Below are positions 29,129 through 38,301 of a stretch of 58,638 nucleotides of DNA, piece by piece (the stretch's first letter is position 1; each line of letters starts with the position of its first letter). The position numbers and the translations under genes are program-made. The DNA comes from a virus. Its lineage: Duplodnaviria; Caudoviricetes. Location: positions 1 through 58,638 of IMG/VR virus record IMGVR_UViG_3300042868_006575. One strand, written 5' to 3'. The notes under the pieces are model-generated. The model worked only from the letters and a program-made list of their open reading frames with translations. It did not search any database and was not told where the DNA came from.

Positions 29129-30510
29129 TGGCAAGTACAGGATTATTAGGATTTAACCCATACGGAAAAGGATTATCAATAGATATTTCATCTAAACCAA
29201 CAAATTTAGCACTTCAATTGAAGCAAAGAGATATTGCTAAGATTGATGCATTAGATAAGTATTTCATGGATTATGAAAGAAGTATAAATCCTGCTGGGGT
29301 TCGTAATGTAGATGCTGATGTTTTTGTAAAAAAACTAAATGATAATAAAGCATTTTATTTACAGAATAGAGATAAGATACTAAATCCAACAAAGTATGGA
29401 TATGATGCGCAGAGCCAGTATATGGCTAATTTTAAAGATATGGTTAATTTAATTGATCAATCTAAGCAAGCTGCTGCAAATGAAAAGGTAGTTAATGAAA
29501 GAATATTTAATGCTGTTCAGCAAGGGAAATCTTTGCATGATGGTATTTTACCATTGTTAGATAAACAAAGGCTTTCTGTCGTAGATCCTAATTATTCTGT
29601 TTTTGATGCTAATCAATTACAATTTGACAAGCCTTATGATGAAAAGCAGTTTAATACAAATGTTTTAGGAGGTTTAAAATTTCCTGAAAAACAATATTAT
29701 ATTGACGAGGAGGTTGATAAAAAGAAAACAGGATTAAAGATACCGGTAACGGAATCTTATTTAGATGATAGTAATAAAAAAGCAATTCAATCCGCTGCGT
29801 TAAACGAGTATGCTAGTAACCCAAATACAAAAAGACATTTTGATGATTTAATGAAAAGACCTGATATGGTCAAAATGGTTAATGATAAATTTAAAGATGT
29901 ATATAAGCAGGATATAAAAAACCCTGAAGATTTTGTTGTCGGATACGCTTTACTTCAAGCGCCAGTTGGTATAACAAAAACTGAAAAGGCAGGTGAATAT
30001 TTAACATGGAGTGAAAAAAATGCAATTACTAATGCTCAACAAAACGCTAGGTCAAATGCCTTATTATCGGGTATGCAAGGATTTGGATCTGTACAGGCAG
30101 TAATTGAAAATGCTACTGGTAAGCCTTTTGTTGATAATGATGTAATTACTAAATTGAATTTTAGTCCTTCTGTAGCAGATGAATTTGTTGAAGAAAAAGT
30201 TGTTCCAGCAAATACTGTGGAGTATGAAAAGTTTAAGGCTGGGGCTCCTTACAAAACAAAAACAGTAAAAGTGCCTTATGGTATAGGCTTAGATAAAAGT
30301 ACTGGCAATATATTTATAGCTCCTCAGAAATTAAATAAAAATGGAGATCCAATAGATAGGTACGATTGGAGCAAAGCAACATCAGCTACGGAAGATGTTA
30401 CATCAGTTATTATTAGCAAGTTTCAAGGAAGCAAGTATAAGGCAAGTATTTTAGGTAAAAATAAGCCAAAGGGTAGTAAATTTGTAAATGTTCCTTCTGG
30501 AGGGTTTTAA
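29128..30510 (+). CDS. Putative internal virion/ejection protein
   Basis: 460 aa, TAATG-coupled. Confidence 0.65.
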   Translation: MASTGLLGFNPYGKGLSIDISSKPTNLALQLKQRDIAKIDALDKYFMDYERSINPAGVRNVDADVFVKKLNDNKAFYLQNRDKILNPTKYGYDAQSQYMANFKDMVNLIDQSKQAAANEKVVNERIFNAVQQGKSLHDGILPLLDKQRLSVVDPNYSVFDANQLQFDKPYDEKQFNTNVLGGLKFPEKQYYIDEEVDKKKTGLKIPVTESYLDDSNKKAIQSAALNEYASNPNTKRHFDDLMKRPDMVKMVNDKFKDVYKQDIKNPEDFVVGYALLQAPVGITKTEKAGEYLTWSEKNAITNAQQNARSNALLSGMQGFGSVQAVIENATGKPFVDNDVITKLNFSPSVADEFVEEKVVPANTVEYEKFKAGAPYKTKTVKVPYGIGLDKSTGNIFIAPQKLNKNGDPIDRYDWSKATSATEDVTSVIISKFQGSKYKASILGKNKPKGSKFVNVPSGGF

Positions 30511-30521
30511 TATATTAAGAT

Positions 30522-33500
30522 ATGCAAGAGAATCCAATATATAAGTTTTTAAAGGAAAATAATCTTACAACAAAGGACGAAGGTTCTTTTTTGAAAGAAT
30601 ATTCAGATCCTAATAAAGCTAAAGAGCTTCATGGTTTTTTGGTAAACAATAATCTTACTACAAAAGATGAGGCATCATTTTATGATACCTATTTTAAAAA
30701 AAAAAATCTTGGTGGAATCGCATCTTCCCCTACAGAATCTCAGTCAGTATCAAAAAGCTTTATTAGTTCTTTACCTGAGCAAAAGTCTATTTATGCACCC
30801 ACTCAAAAGCTTGCTTCAGAAAGTACAACAGTTGTTGCGCCTAAAGAAGCTAAGTTAATTTCAGAAGCTAATAAAAGAGGTGAACAAATAACAAAAGAGG
30901 CTATATCTAACTCTAATGATTTGTATTTAAAATCACAAAACAAGGGTGGCTATAAGTTTACTAAAGAAGATCCATCTATACTTAATAATAAAAAAGAGCT
31001 AGAGCAGGATTTAAAAGACGGTACATTACAAGTAGTTAAGAGTCCAAAAACTGGTAAATATGTATTAGCATATAAGGCTGATATGTTAAAAAGCTTTTCT
31101 CAAGCATGGGACGGTGTATTAGAAAAACAAGCAAACGATAAGTATGTTGCAGGATTAAGTACCGAAGATAAGATAAAGCATTACGAGGCTCAGGATATAT
31201 TAAATCAAGATAAGTATTTAGAAGCAGCTCCGTCTGGTTTTTCGGGAAGTGTTGGTAGATTGCTAGGAGAAAACGCTGAGCCATTAATAAAATTAGCTGC
31301 AATGGCTAATATTGGTGGTAAGGCCGCTCAAGCCGCAGGGGCTACCGCGCAGACTGTTGCTAATGCGCAAAAGTTTGGTTCTTTTTTAGCTTTTGCAACG
31401 GATGCAGGTTATTCTGGATACGCAAATAATACAGAAAGAGTTTACAAGTCATTAAGAAAGCAAGATCCAAATGGAGATCCAGTTGAGCAAATGAGAAAGG
31501 CTGAAAATGCTGGTCTTATTGGCGAGGCTTCTGGCATTGGTATGGCTGCTGGTATGACCGGTATATTTAAGAATTTAAAAGGCGCAGCTGAAACCATTAA
31601 CACAAAACCATTTGTTAGTGCACTGGAAACGATGGCTAAGCATACTTCTAAAGAAGCCGCAGTTCAAGGTAGTATATCTGCTTTGAATTCTATAGTTTCT
31701 GATTTAGGTGCTAAGAGTCAAGGGTTGGATATAGGTGTTGGGAATATTGTTGAAAATGCGCTTGAGTCTGGTAAGCAAATGGCTCAGTTTGTTGGTGTTA
31801 CAGGTTTAGCAATGGGAACTCTAACAGGTTTGATGAAAGTTCCGGGATATGTTAAGGCTCAAGCAAAAGGATTAGTTTCTGAATTACCAAGAGAAGAAGT
31901 AAAGGCTGTTTATGAAGGCGCAGAAGCTAATGGAATTATACCAGAAGGTACAACTGATAAAGTTATAAATTCACTGAATCAATACGATAAAGCAAAAGAA
32001 AAATTACCAGAAGGTCTTACGGAAGATAAAAAAGCATCATTAACTGGTATCCAAGAGAAGATAGATAAATTAGAAGAATCAAAGAAAAAATTAGCTCCTC
32101 AATATCATGATAGAGTAGACAATACAATAAAATCATTAAAAGATAGAGCAATAAAAATATTAGAATCTAAGGATCCTTTAGGCGAAGAAGTTGATAATAT
32201 ATTAAATACAAAAGGATCCGAAGAAATAGCAGGGCCTCCTGTTACTGAAGCTGATTTAATTGAAGAGGTTTCTCCTACAGAAATTAAAATAACAGAAAAA
32301 GTTAAACCAATTGAAGTAGATTTGACATCTCCTGAAAAGATGAACGCTTCTCAAAATAGATATGGAATTGTAAAAGATGGAAAAGAGGCTGGTTTTATAG
32401 TAACTACAAATCCAGAAAACAATGTTGTTAAAATTAAAGGAGTTACAGTTAATGAAGGATTAAGAGGTAAAGGCTTAGCCGGCGATGCTTACGTTAAGTT
32501 AGGCGAATCTTTATCTAAAGAAGGTATTTCACTAGAGAGTGATAGTTTTGATAAGATGGAGCCATCTGCTACTAGAGTTTGGGAAAAATTATCTGATAAA
32601 GGATTGGCTATAAAAGGTGAAAATAGTTATCGGTTTAACCCACTTGAAGTAAAGCCTATAGAGCAAAAAGTAACAATCGAATTACTATCATCTGAAGAAC
32701 CTCCTCAAAAACAAGGAGAAACTATTGTTACTTTAAGTGGCAAAACTGAAACAGAAAGATTAGAGTCTATAGATAGAAGAAAAAGAGAAACAAAAGTTTC
32801 TGATAAGGTTGTTGCCGAAAATGATTTAATTCAAGATGCAGAATCTTACTTCAAGAAAGATGGTAGATATAAGAATAGCTCTGAGGGTAGAAATGAATTA
32901 AATAATTTAAGAATTAAAGCCAGAGAGTTAGGTTTAGAAATAGATACAGACAGAGATGCTGTAACAAGAAGAAATAAAGCAGGTAGGCCTACGAAGGTTA
33001 GTTATAACAATAAAGCTGATGGTGAAGCTGTGGTTGATCCAAATGGTAGAACAATTACTGAAAGAAGTAGAGAAGTGCAGGATGCCTTTGAAGAGCTTAC
33101 AGACGCTGGTGTGTTTTTAGATGTTGAAACGGAGCTTGGTAAAAGAATGAGCGCATCTCAAATTGATGCTGCCGTAAAAGATATATTAGATGGTATACCT
33201 AGTAAAAGGGCTGAAAAATATTTAAACGCATTAGAAAAAGCTATTGCAGAAGATGCTTTCCCATTATACGATAAGACATTTGGAGATATTGCTCCAAGGC
33301 TAAGTGAGATTAGAGATCAACTAGGTATTGAAAGAGAGGTTATTGGAGAGCCAATGGATGAGGTTGCGTTGAATAAGTTCTTAGATGAAGAATCAAGACT
33401 TACCCCAGAAGAAGAACAAACATTATTAGATAACGTAGAAAATTTACTTAATGAATACGAAACAACTCAAGAAGGACCTCAAGGAGAGGTTCAGCCTATT

Positions 33501-33710
33501 GAAGCCAGAGCAGAAGAAGGAATTCCTGCAAAGACTGAACCGGTTGCAGAGGCTAAAGCAGCAGGAGAAGCCCCAAAACCAGTAAAAGAAGTTTATGATG
33601 AATTTTCTTCAAAAAAGTCCGAATTGGCTAAAAAGAAAATAATAAATGATAACTTTGATACTATAGTTGAAGATTTAATTAAAAATAAAAAAATAGAAAG
33701 AATATGTTAG
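30522..33710 (+). CDS. Large internal virion/ejection protein with GNAT-like domain
   Basis: 1062 aa; duplicated FLxxNNLTTKDE; VNEGLRGKGLA...SATRVWEKL. Confidence 0.65.
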   Translation: MQENPIYKFLKENNLTTKDEGSFLKEYSDPNKAKELHGFLVNNNLTTKDEASFYDTYFKKKNLGGIASSPTESQSVSKSFISSLPEQKSIYAPTQKLASESTTVVAPKEAKLISEANKRGEQITKEAISNSNDLYLKSQNKGGYKFTKEDPSILNNKKELEQDLKDGTLQVVKSPKTGKYVLAYKADMLKSFSQAWDGVLEKQANDKYVAGLSTEDKIKHYEAQDILNQDKYLEAAPSGFSGSVGRLLGENAEPLIKLAAMANIGGKAAQAAGATAQTVANAQKFGSFLAFATDAGYSGYANNTERVYKSLRKQDPNGDPVEQMRKAENAGLIGEASGIGMAAGMTGIFKNLKGAAETINTKPFVSALETMAKHTSKEAAVQGSISALNSIVSDLGAKSQGLDIGVGNIVENALESGKQMAQFVGVTGLAMGTLTGLMKVPGYVKAQAKGLVSELPREEVKAVYEGAEANGIIPEGTTDKVINSLNQYDKAKEKLPEGLTEDKKASLTGIQEKIDKLEESKKKLAPQYHDRVDNTIKSLKDRAIKILESKDPLGEEVDNILNTKGSEEIAGPPVTEADLIEEVSPTEIKITEKVKPIEVDLTSPEKMNASQNRYGIVKDGKEAGFIVTTNPENNVVKIKGVTVNEGLRGKGLAGDAYVKLGESLSKEGISLESDSFDKMEPSATRVWEKLSDKGLAIKGENSYRFNPLEVKPIEQKVTIELLSSEEPPQKQGETIVTLSGKTETERLESIDRRKRETKVSDKVVAENDLIQDAESYFKKDGRYKNSSEGRNELNNLRIKARELGLEIDTDRDAVTRRNKAGRPTKVSYNNKADGEAVVDPNGRTITERSREVQDAFEELTDAGVFLDVETELGKRMSASQIDAAVKDILDGIPSKRAEKYLNALEKAIAEDAFPLYDKTFGDIAPRLSEIRDQLGIEREVIGEPMDEVALNKFLDEESRLTPEEEQTLLDNVENLLNEYETTQEGPQGEVQPIEARAEEGIPAKTEPVAEAKAAGEAPKPVKEVYDEFSSKKSELAKKKIINDNFDTIVEDLIKNKKIERIC

Positions 33711-34198
33711 TCAAATCATTACTTGATTCGGACATGAAGAAAGGCCTTCAGGAATCAATTTATTTGGAACTGTATCAATCAAACTTATGGAAAAGCTTAG
33801 CAAATCAATTGCAAAAAGCTGGTTTGTTTGGTAGTCAAAAGTATTTTTTAGCGGAAAGCGCTGAAGAACTTACTCACTATCAGATGATTGTAGAGTTCAT
33901 GAATGATATGGGTGATTGTGCATCATTGCCAAAAATTGATGCAATTACTGATAAGGCCTCTACGATAGGTGATGCTTTGCAGATTGGCTATGAAACAGAA
34001 TTAAATGTATATAATCATTATAAAGACTTTGCTAAAGAATGTCTAAAATCAGATTTAGCAGTTTATGCTTTCATAGAGCAGTTTGTAAATATACAAAGAG
34101 AAGCAGTAGGTCATTATGGTGATTTATTGGCTAAGTATAAGATAGCAGAAGAAACTAAAGAGATTCTTGAATTTGATGAACATATAAGCGATTTATAA
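33704..34198 (+). CDS. Ferritin-like protein
   Basis: E-L...YF...EELTH, YETE, QREA ferroxidase-type ligands; 164 aa. Confidence 0.8.
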   Translation: MLVKSLLDSDMKKGLQESIYLELYQSNLWKSLANQLQKAGLFGSQKYFLAESAEELTHYQMIVEFMNDMGDCASLPKIDAITDKASTIGDALQIGYETELNVYNHYKDFAKECLKSDLAVYAFIEQFVNIQREAVGHYGDLLAKYKIAEETKEILEFDEHISDL

Positions 34199-37020
34199 TG
34201 GCAAGTCCTTGCGAATATATTGTAGGTGATAAAAGGTATACTGAAGCTGAATTTAAAGACTTCTTATTAAATGGAGGATTAGATTCTTTGGTAAAACCAA
34301 AAGGTGCTAAAGTGGTTTCTATGGAACCGCCAACAAAGCCACCATCAGAAGTTACATTACCAGAAGGTGCAGATCCAGATTTAATAAAGATGGCAAATGA
34401 GGTTAATGACGCATTTGTTGAAGGTAAATTTGGATTAGATGCATTAGATCAAATAGTAGGTAAACTTCAGGATACTAATTTAGAAAATATAATAGCGCAG
34501 GTAAAGGCTAAGTTAAAAATAAATCCAGATTTAGCTAAGCAGACAAGAGATAGACTTCTTACTACAAAAGAAGGCAATGAATTTGATCAGGCTGTATTGA
34601 TGTATGATTTGGCTGATTTAAAAGGAAGAGAAGCTTTATTGCAAAAAGAAATATTATCATCAAAAGATCCAGATCAGATTCAACAGTATCAGGATCAGAT
34701 TCTTAAGATACAGAATGATATGATGGATAATGCGCTTGCTAATAAAACTATTGGGCGAACTGCAAGTACAATATTTAGATTAAGACAGCTTTGGGTTAAT
34801 AAAGATTTGACTATTGTTGATATGAAGCAGCAGTACATGGCTTCTAAAGGTCTTAAAGAACTAACAAAAGAGCAAGAGGCTGAAATAAATGAGGTGTATA
34901 ATGATATTAAGAAAGCAAAAGATGAATTAGAAAAAGCTAGGGTAGAATTAGAAAAAGCTAGAGAAGAAGCAGCAAAGCTTAGGATAGAAACAGAAAAATT
35001 AGAGGACCTTAAAAATAAATCTAATGAGCAGGCTAAAAAAGATAGGGCTAAAACTGCTAATGAAAAAGTTCAAAAATCTAATGAGAGAATACAAAAATCA
35101 AAAGATAATTTAAAGAACTTAGGCGGTCAATTAAGCGCTGGTTTCAATCCTTTGATTGCAGTTGAGATTGGAAAGATAGCTGCTGAAAAGGTATATCAAG
35201 GTGTTGTTAAGTTTGATGAATTAGTTCAAAATGTATATGATGATGTAAAAGGTTTACTGCCGGGATTCACTAAAGAAGATGTAGCAAATCACCTTTTGAC
35301 AAAAATGAATAAGGACGGTAATTTAGAGCCAACTTTATTATCAGCAGATTATAATAATCTTAAAAAATCATTAGACAAGTCTGAGGCGACTATTAGAAAA
35401 AAGGTAGACGCATACAATGCTGCTCAAAAAGAAGTAGCTAAAAAATACTTTGAATGGCAAAAGGGTAGACGTCAAGATATGATGGCTAATAAGCCTGTTA
35501 AAGAAAGAGTTGTAGATACTATACTTAGGTTCCAAAGATTTGCCGTATTATCATATCCTTCAACTTTTGTAAAGTTATTTGGTGCTGTTGCTAATGGTCT
35601 TTTATTAAAGCCATTGAGATTTGCCACAGGTAAATTAATTAAACTTGTTGCTCCTAAAGTTGCTGAAAAAGCTCCAATATGGGGAGATCCACAATGGAGC
35701 AGTGTATCTAAATATTATTCTGAATTCTTGAAAAGCTTTTCTTTGTCAAATCTTAAAGAAAACTTTTCTGGATTAGATAGCAAAGAGCTTCTTTATGGAA
35801 GGCCAATGATGTATGATGAGTTTGCTTCAGCAAGTGGTTGGATGGAGATGCCGGGCCGTTCGCATGGTTATGTTAAATCTTTTATTAAGAATCCTGAATT
35901 TGCTTATGCTAATCAGCAGCAAATCAATTTTAACATAACCAAGATGGCTGAAATTACAGAGAAGTTAAAAGACAAAGATTTAACTCCTGAAGAAAGGTTA
36001 TCATTGGAAGAGTTGTATAATAACTATGATGTGACAAATGAGAATGTGATAGAGAGAATGAATAAATTATCTTTAGATCATGCCAAGTGGTCAATCTTAA
36101 TGAATGAAAATAAATTTACAGATAAGTTTGCGTCTTTTGTTAGAGATAATGGTGCCGTAGGTGCTGTTCTTAGATCTGAACTACCTATTGTTAGAATTCC
36201 ATTGAACTTCTTAGGTAGATCATTTGCCGTTAAGTACGGATTAATCAGAGCAATTATTGGTAAATCTGGAAAAGAAACTGGTAAATTGGGTGGAACTGAT
36301 TTTCCGGGTATTGCTGAATTGGCTTATAAGGGTACAAAAGATTTAACAGAAAAGCAAGCTGATTTGCTTAGTAAAACAATTCAGTTGGGAACCATAGGTG
36401 CAAGCTTCTTTGCTTTAGGTTATTTGAATAGTAAAAATGTAGAGAAAAACGAAGATGGTTCTTATGAGGTTATGGGTAAGCATGTTCCTAAAAATTTAAT
36501 ACACATACCAGAATACGAAAGTATTATCAGCGGAGCGGAAACGGCTCATAAATTTAAGGAAAGTGGTGAGTTTCTTAAATCTTATTTAGAATCGGACATG
36601 GAGATTGTTAAAAATAATCCATTCATTTCATTCTTGCAGTATGGGGCTATTCCAAGATTAGCTGGTATAGTAGTTAATAAAAAAGAAGATGATAAGGTTG
36701 GTAAATCTTCTGATGTTGTTGCTAAGAAAATTGCAGACATGGTGGTTCCGGGTTTCTCAAAGCAAATAGCCGAATCTTTTGATAAAAAAGAAGGCGAAGG
36801 TTTTCGCCCAATGGGAGAAACCATTAAAAGATACCCTGCTGGCGAATGGTCTGATAGATTTTGGCAACAATTTGAATTGGGCTTACCGGGCTTAAGAAAG
36901 AATGTTCCTACTGAAGCTCAAGGTGCTGACATTAAAGATATAATGAAAGATATGCCGGGCAAGAAGTATGAGAAGCAGAGGGGTGAAATCATAGAAAAAC
37001 TTAAGAAGATAAACTATTAA
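34198..37020 (+). CDS. Large helical internal virion/ejection protein
   Basis: 940 aa, coiled coils, TAATG-coupled to ferritin gene. Confidence 0.65.
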   Translation: MASPCEYIVGDKRYTEAEFKDFLLNGGLDSLVKPKGAKVVSMEPPTKPPSEVTLPEGADPDLIKMANEVNDAFVEGKFGLDALDQIVGKLQDTNLENIIAQVKAKLKINPDLAKQTRDRLLTTKEGNEFDQAVLMYDLADLKGREALLQKEILSSKDPDQIQQYQDQILKIQNDMMDNALANKTIGRTASTIFRLRQLWVNKDLTIVDMKQQYMASKGLKELTKEQEAEINEVYNDIKKAKDELEKARVELEKAREEAAKLRIETEKLEDLKNKSNEQAKKDRAKTANEKVQKSNERIQKSKDNLKNLGGQLSAGFNPLIAVEIGKIAAEKVYQGVVKFDELVQNVYDDVKGLLPGFTKEDVANHLLTKMNKDGNLEPTLLSADYNNLKKSLDKSEATIRKKVDAYNAAQKEVAKKYFEWQKGRRQDMMANKPVKERVVDTILRFQRFAVLSYPSTFVKLFGAVANGLLLKPLRFATGKLIKLVAPKVAEKAPIWGDPQWSSVSKYYSEFLKSFSLSNLKENFSGLDSKELLYGRPMMYDEFASASGWMEMPGRSHGYVKSFIKNPEFAYANQQQINFNITKMAEITEKLKDKDLTPEERLSLEELYNNYDVTNENVIERMNKLSLDHAKWSILMNENKFTDKFASFVRDNGAVGAVLRSELPIVRIPLNFLGRSFAVKYGLIRAIIGKSGKETGKLGGTDFPGIAELAYKGTKDLTEKQADLLSKTIQLGTIGASFFALGYLNSKNVEKNEDGSYEVMGKHVPKNLIHIPEYESIISGAETAHKFKESGEFLKSYLESDMEIVKNNPFISFLQYGAIPRLAGIVVNKKEDDKVGKSSDVVAKKIADMVVPGFSKQIAESFDKKEGEGFRPMGETIKRYPAGEWSDRFWQQFELGLPGLRKNVPTEAQGADIKDIMKDMPGKKYEKQRGEIIEKLKKINY

Positions 37021-37030
37021 ATTTAATACT

Positions 37031-37195
37031 ATGCCATTTAAGTCAAAGGCTCAAGCGGCTTACTTTAATATTCATAAGAAAGAGCTTGAAAAACAAGGGG
37101 TAGATGTCAATGAATGGAACAAAGAGAGCAAAGGTTTGAAGCTCCCAAAAAAAGTAAGCAAACTGGAGGCTATGAAGAAAAGAAAAAAGGGGTAA
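37031..37195 (+). CDS. 54-aa basic protein of MPFKSxAQ type (not in ORF track)
   Basis: MPFKSKAQAAYFNIHKKELEKQGVDVNEWNKESKGLKLPKKVSKLEAMKKRKKG. Confidence 0.75.
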   Translation: MPFKSKAQAAYFNIHKKELEKQGVDVNEWNKESKGLKLPKKVSKLEAMKKRKKG

Positions 37196-37212
37196 TATAG
37201 CCATATTTTTCT

Positions 37213-37220
37213 TATATTTG
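37213..37220 (+). promoter_or_regulatory. Bacteroidota -7 promoter box
   Basis: TATATTTG upstream of tail-fibre operon. Confidence 0.55.
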
Positions 37221-37238
37221 ATGTAAAATTTATACAAA

Positions 37239-37757
37239 ATGCCGTTAGTACCTAATTTTACAGCGAGCCAATTTAGCGGAACTCCATCAATTATAACTTT
37301 AACAGATACATCAACTGGTTCTGATGTAACTATAGCAAAAAGAAGAGTATATCTTCTTCAATCAAATGGTACTTTTTTGGTGCCAACTGGAACTACTACA
37401 ACCTATATTGAGTGGGATTTGGTAGATACAAGTATTGATTTGAATGTGTTATCACAAGATACTGCACTTAGTATTACTGTACAATGGTTGACATCAGGGA
37501 ATGTGGTGGTAACCTCAAAGACAATTTCATTCGCGTTTACAGCATATAACGAAACATTTTATTACGGATTGACAGAGCAGCAAGTAGCTAGTCCTGCAAT
37601 CGTAAATAGTACGTTTTGGTATCAAAATAAAATGATATTGCGCGTTGAATTGGATTCAGCGGTACAGGCAATTACATTTGCATCTGATATATTTAGTTCT
37701 CAACAAGCACTAAATAGAGCAACTTATCTTGTTACAAATTCAAATTATTACTTCTAA
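37239..37757 (+). CDS. Putative tail hub/fibre-attachment protein (Ig/PKD-like start)
   Basis: PNFTAS...ITLTDTSTG. Confidence 0.6.
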   Translation: MPLVPNFTASQFSGTPSIITLTDTSTGSDVTIAKRRVYLLQSNGTFLVPTGTTTTYIEWDLVDTSIDLNVLSQDTALSITVQWLTSGNVVVTSKTISFAFTAYNETFYYGLTEQQVASPAIVNSTFWYQNKMILRVELDSAVQAITFASDIFSSQQALNRATYLVTNSNYYF

Positions 37758-38290
37758 TGTTAGTTACAGAAGATGTTATATCAATAGCGGAAATTTCGCA
37801 ATATTTATGGGCTGATACAATCAGTTCAAATAATCAATTAATGGGCGGAACCATTGATCCATTTAGAGCACAGCAACTTTATATGGAAAGAAAAGCGCTA
37901 CAATATGGTAATGCTCAAAATCTTTCTGGTCTTGCAGGAGCAACTTCCTATGTGTATGCTTTGTGTGGAGCTCAATTGCAGTTAGCAATACAAATTTATG
38001 GTACAGGTCAATCTGGTGGAGGTGTAATTCCGGGCGGCGGCGGAAATTTCAGCGTATACGAATATTCAACTAATGCAGTTGCTGGTTCGTTTACAGTTTA
38101 TTTCCCAGAAGCGATTGGCAAAAGATGTATCAATGCATTTAGACAAGGTAACAATATAGGTACTATATTAACATCAGGAACTCCAACGGGGAATCAAGTG
38201 GTATGGGATAAAACAACTGGCGCACTTACAGTGGCATCAGATGTTCCTTTTTACAGCAATGAATTTGTTCGTGTGATAGTTCAACAATAA
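37757..38290 (+). CDS. Putative tail structural protein
   Basis: Coupled ORF with Gly-rich linker before tail fibre. Confidence 0.65.
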   Translation: MLVTEDVISIAEISQYLWADTISSNNQLMGGTIDPFRAQQLYMERKALQYGNAQNLSGLAGATSYVYALCGAQLQLAIQIYGTGQSGGGVIPGGGGNFSVYEYSTNAVAGSFTVYFPEAIGKRCINAFRQGNNIGTILTSGTPTGNQVVWDKTTGALTVASDVPFYSNEFVRVIVQQ

Positions 38291-38301
38291 AAATATTCAA
38301 G

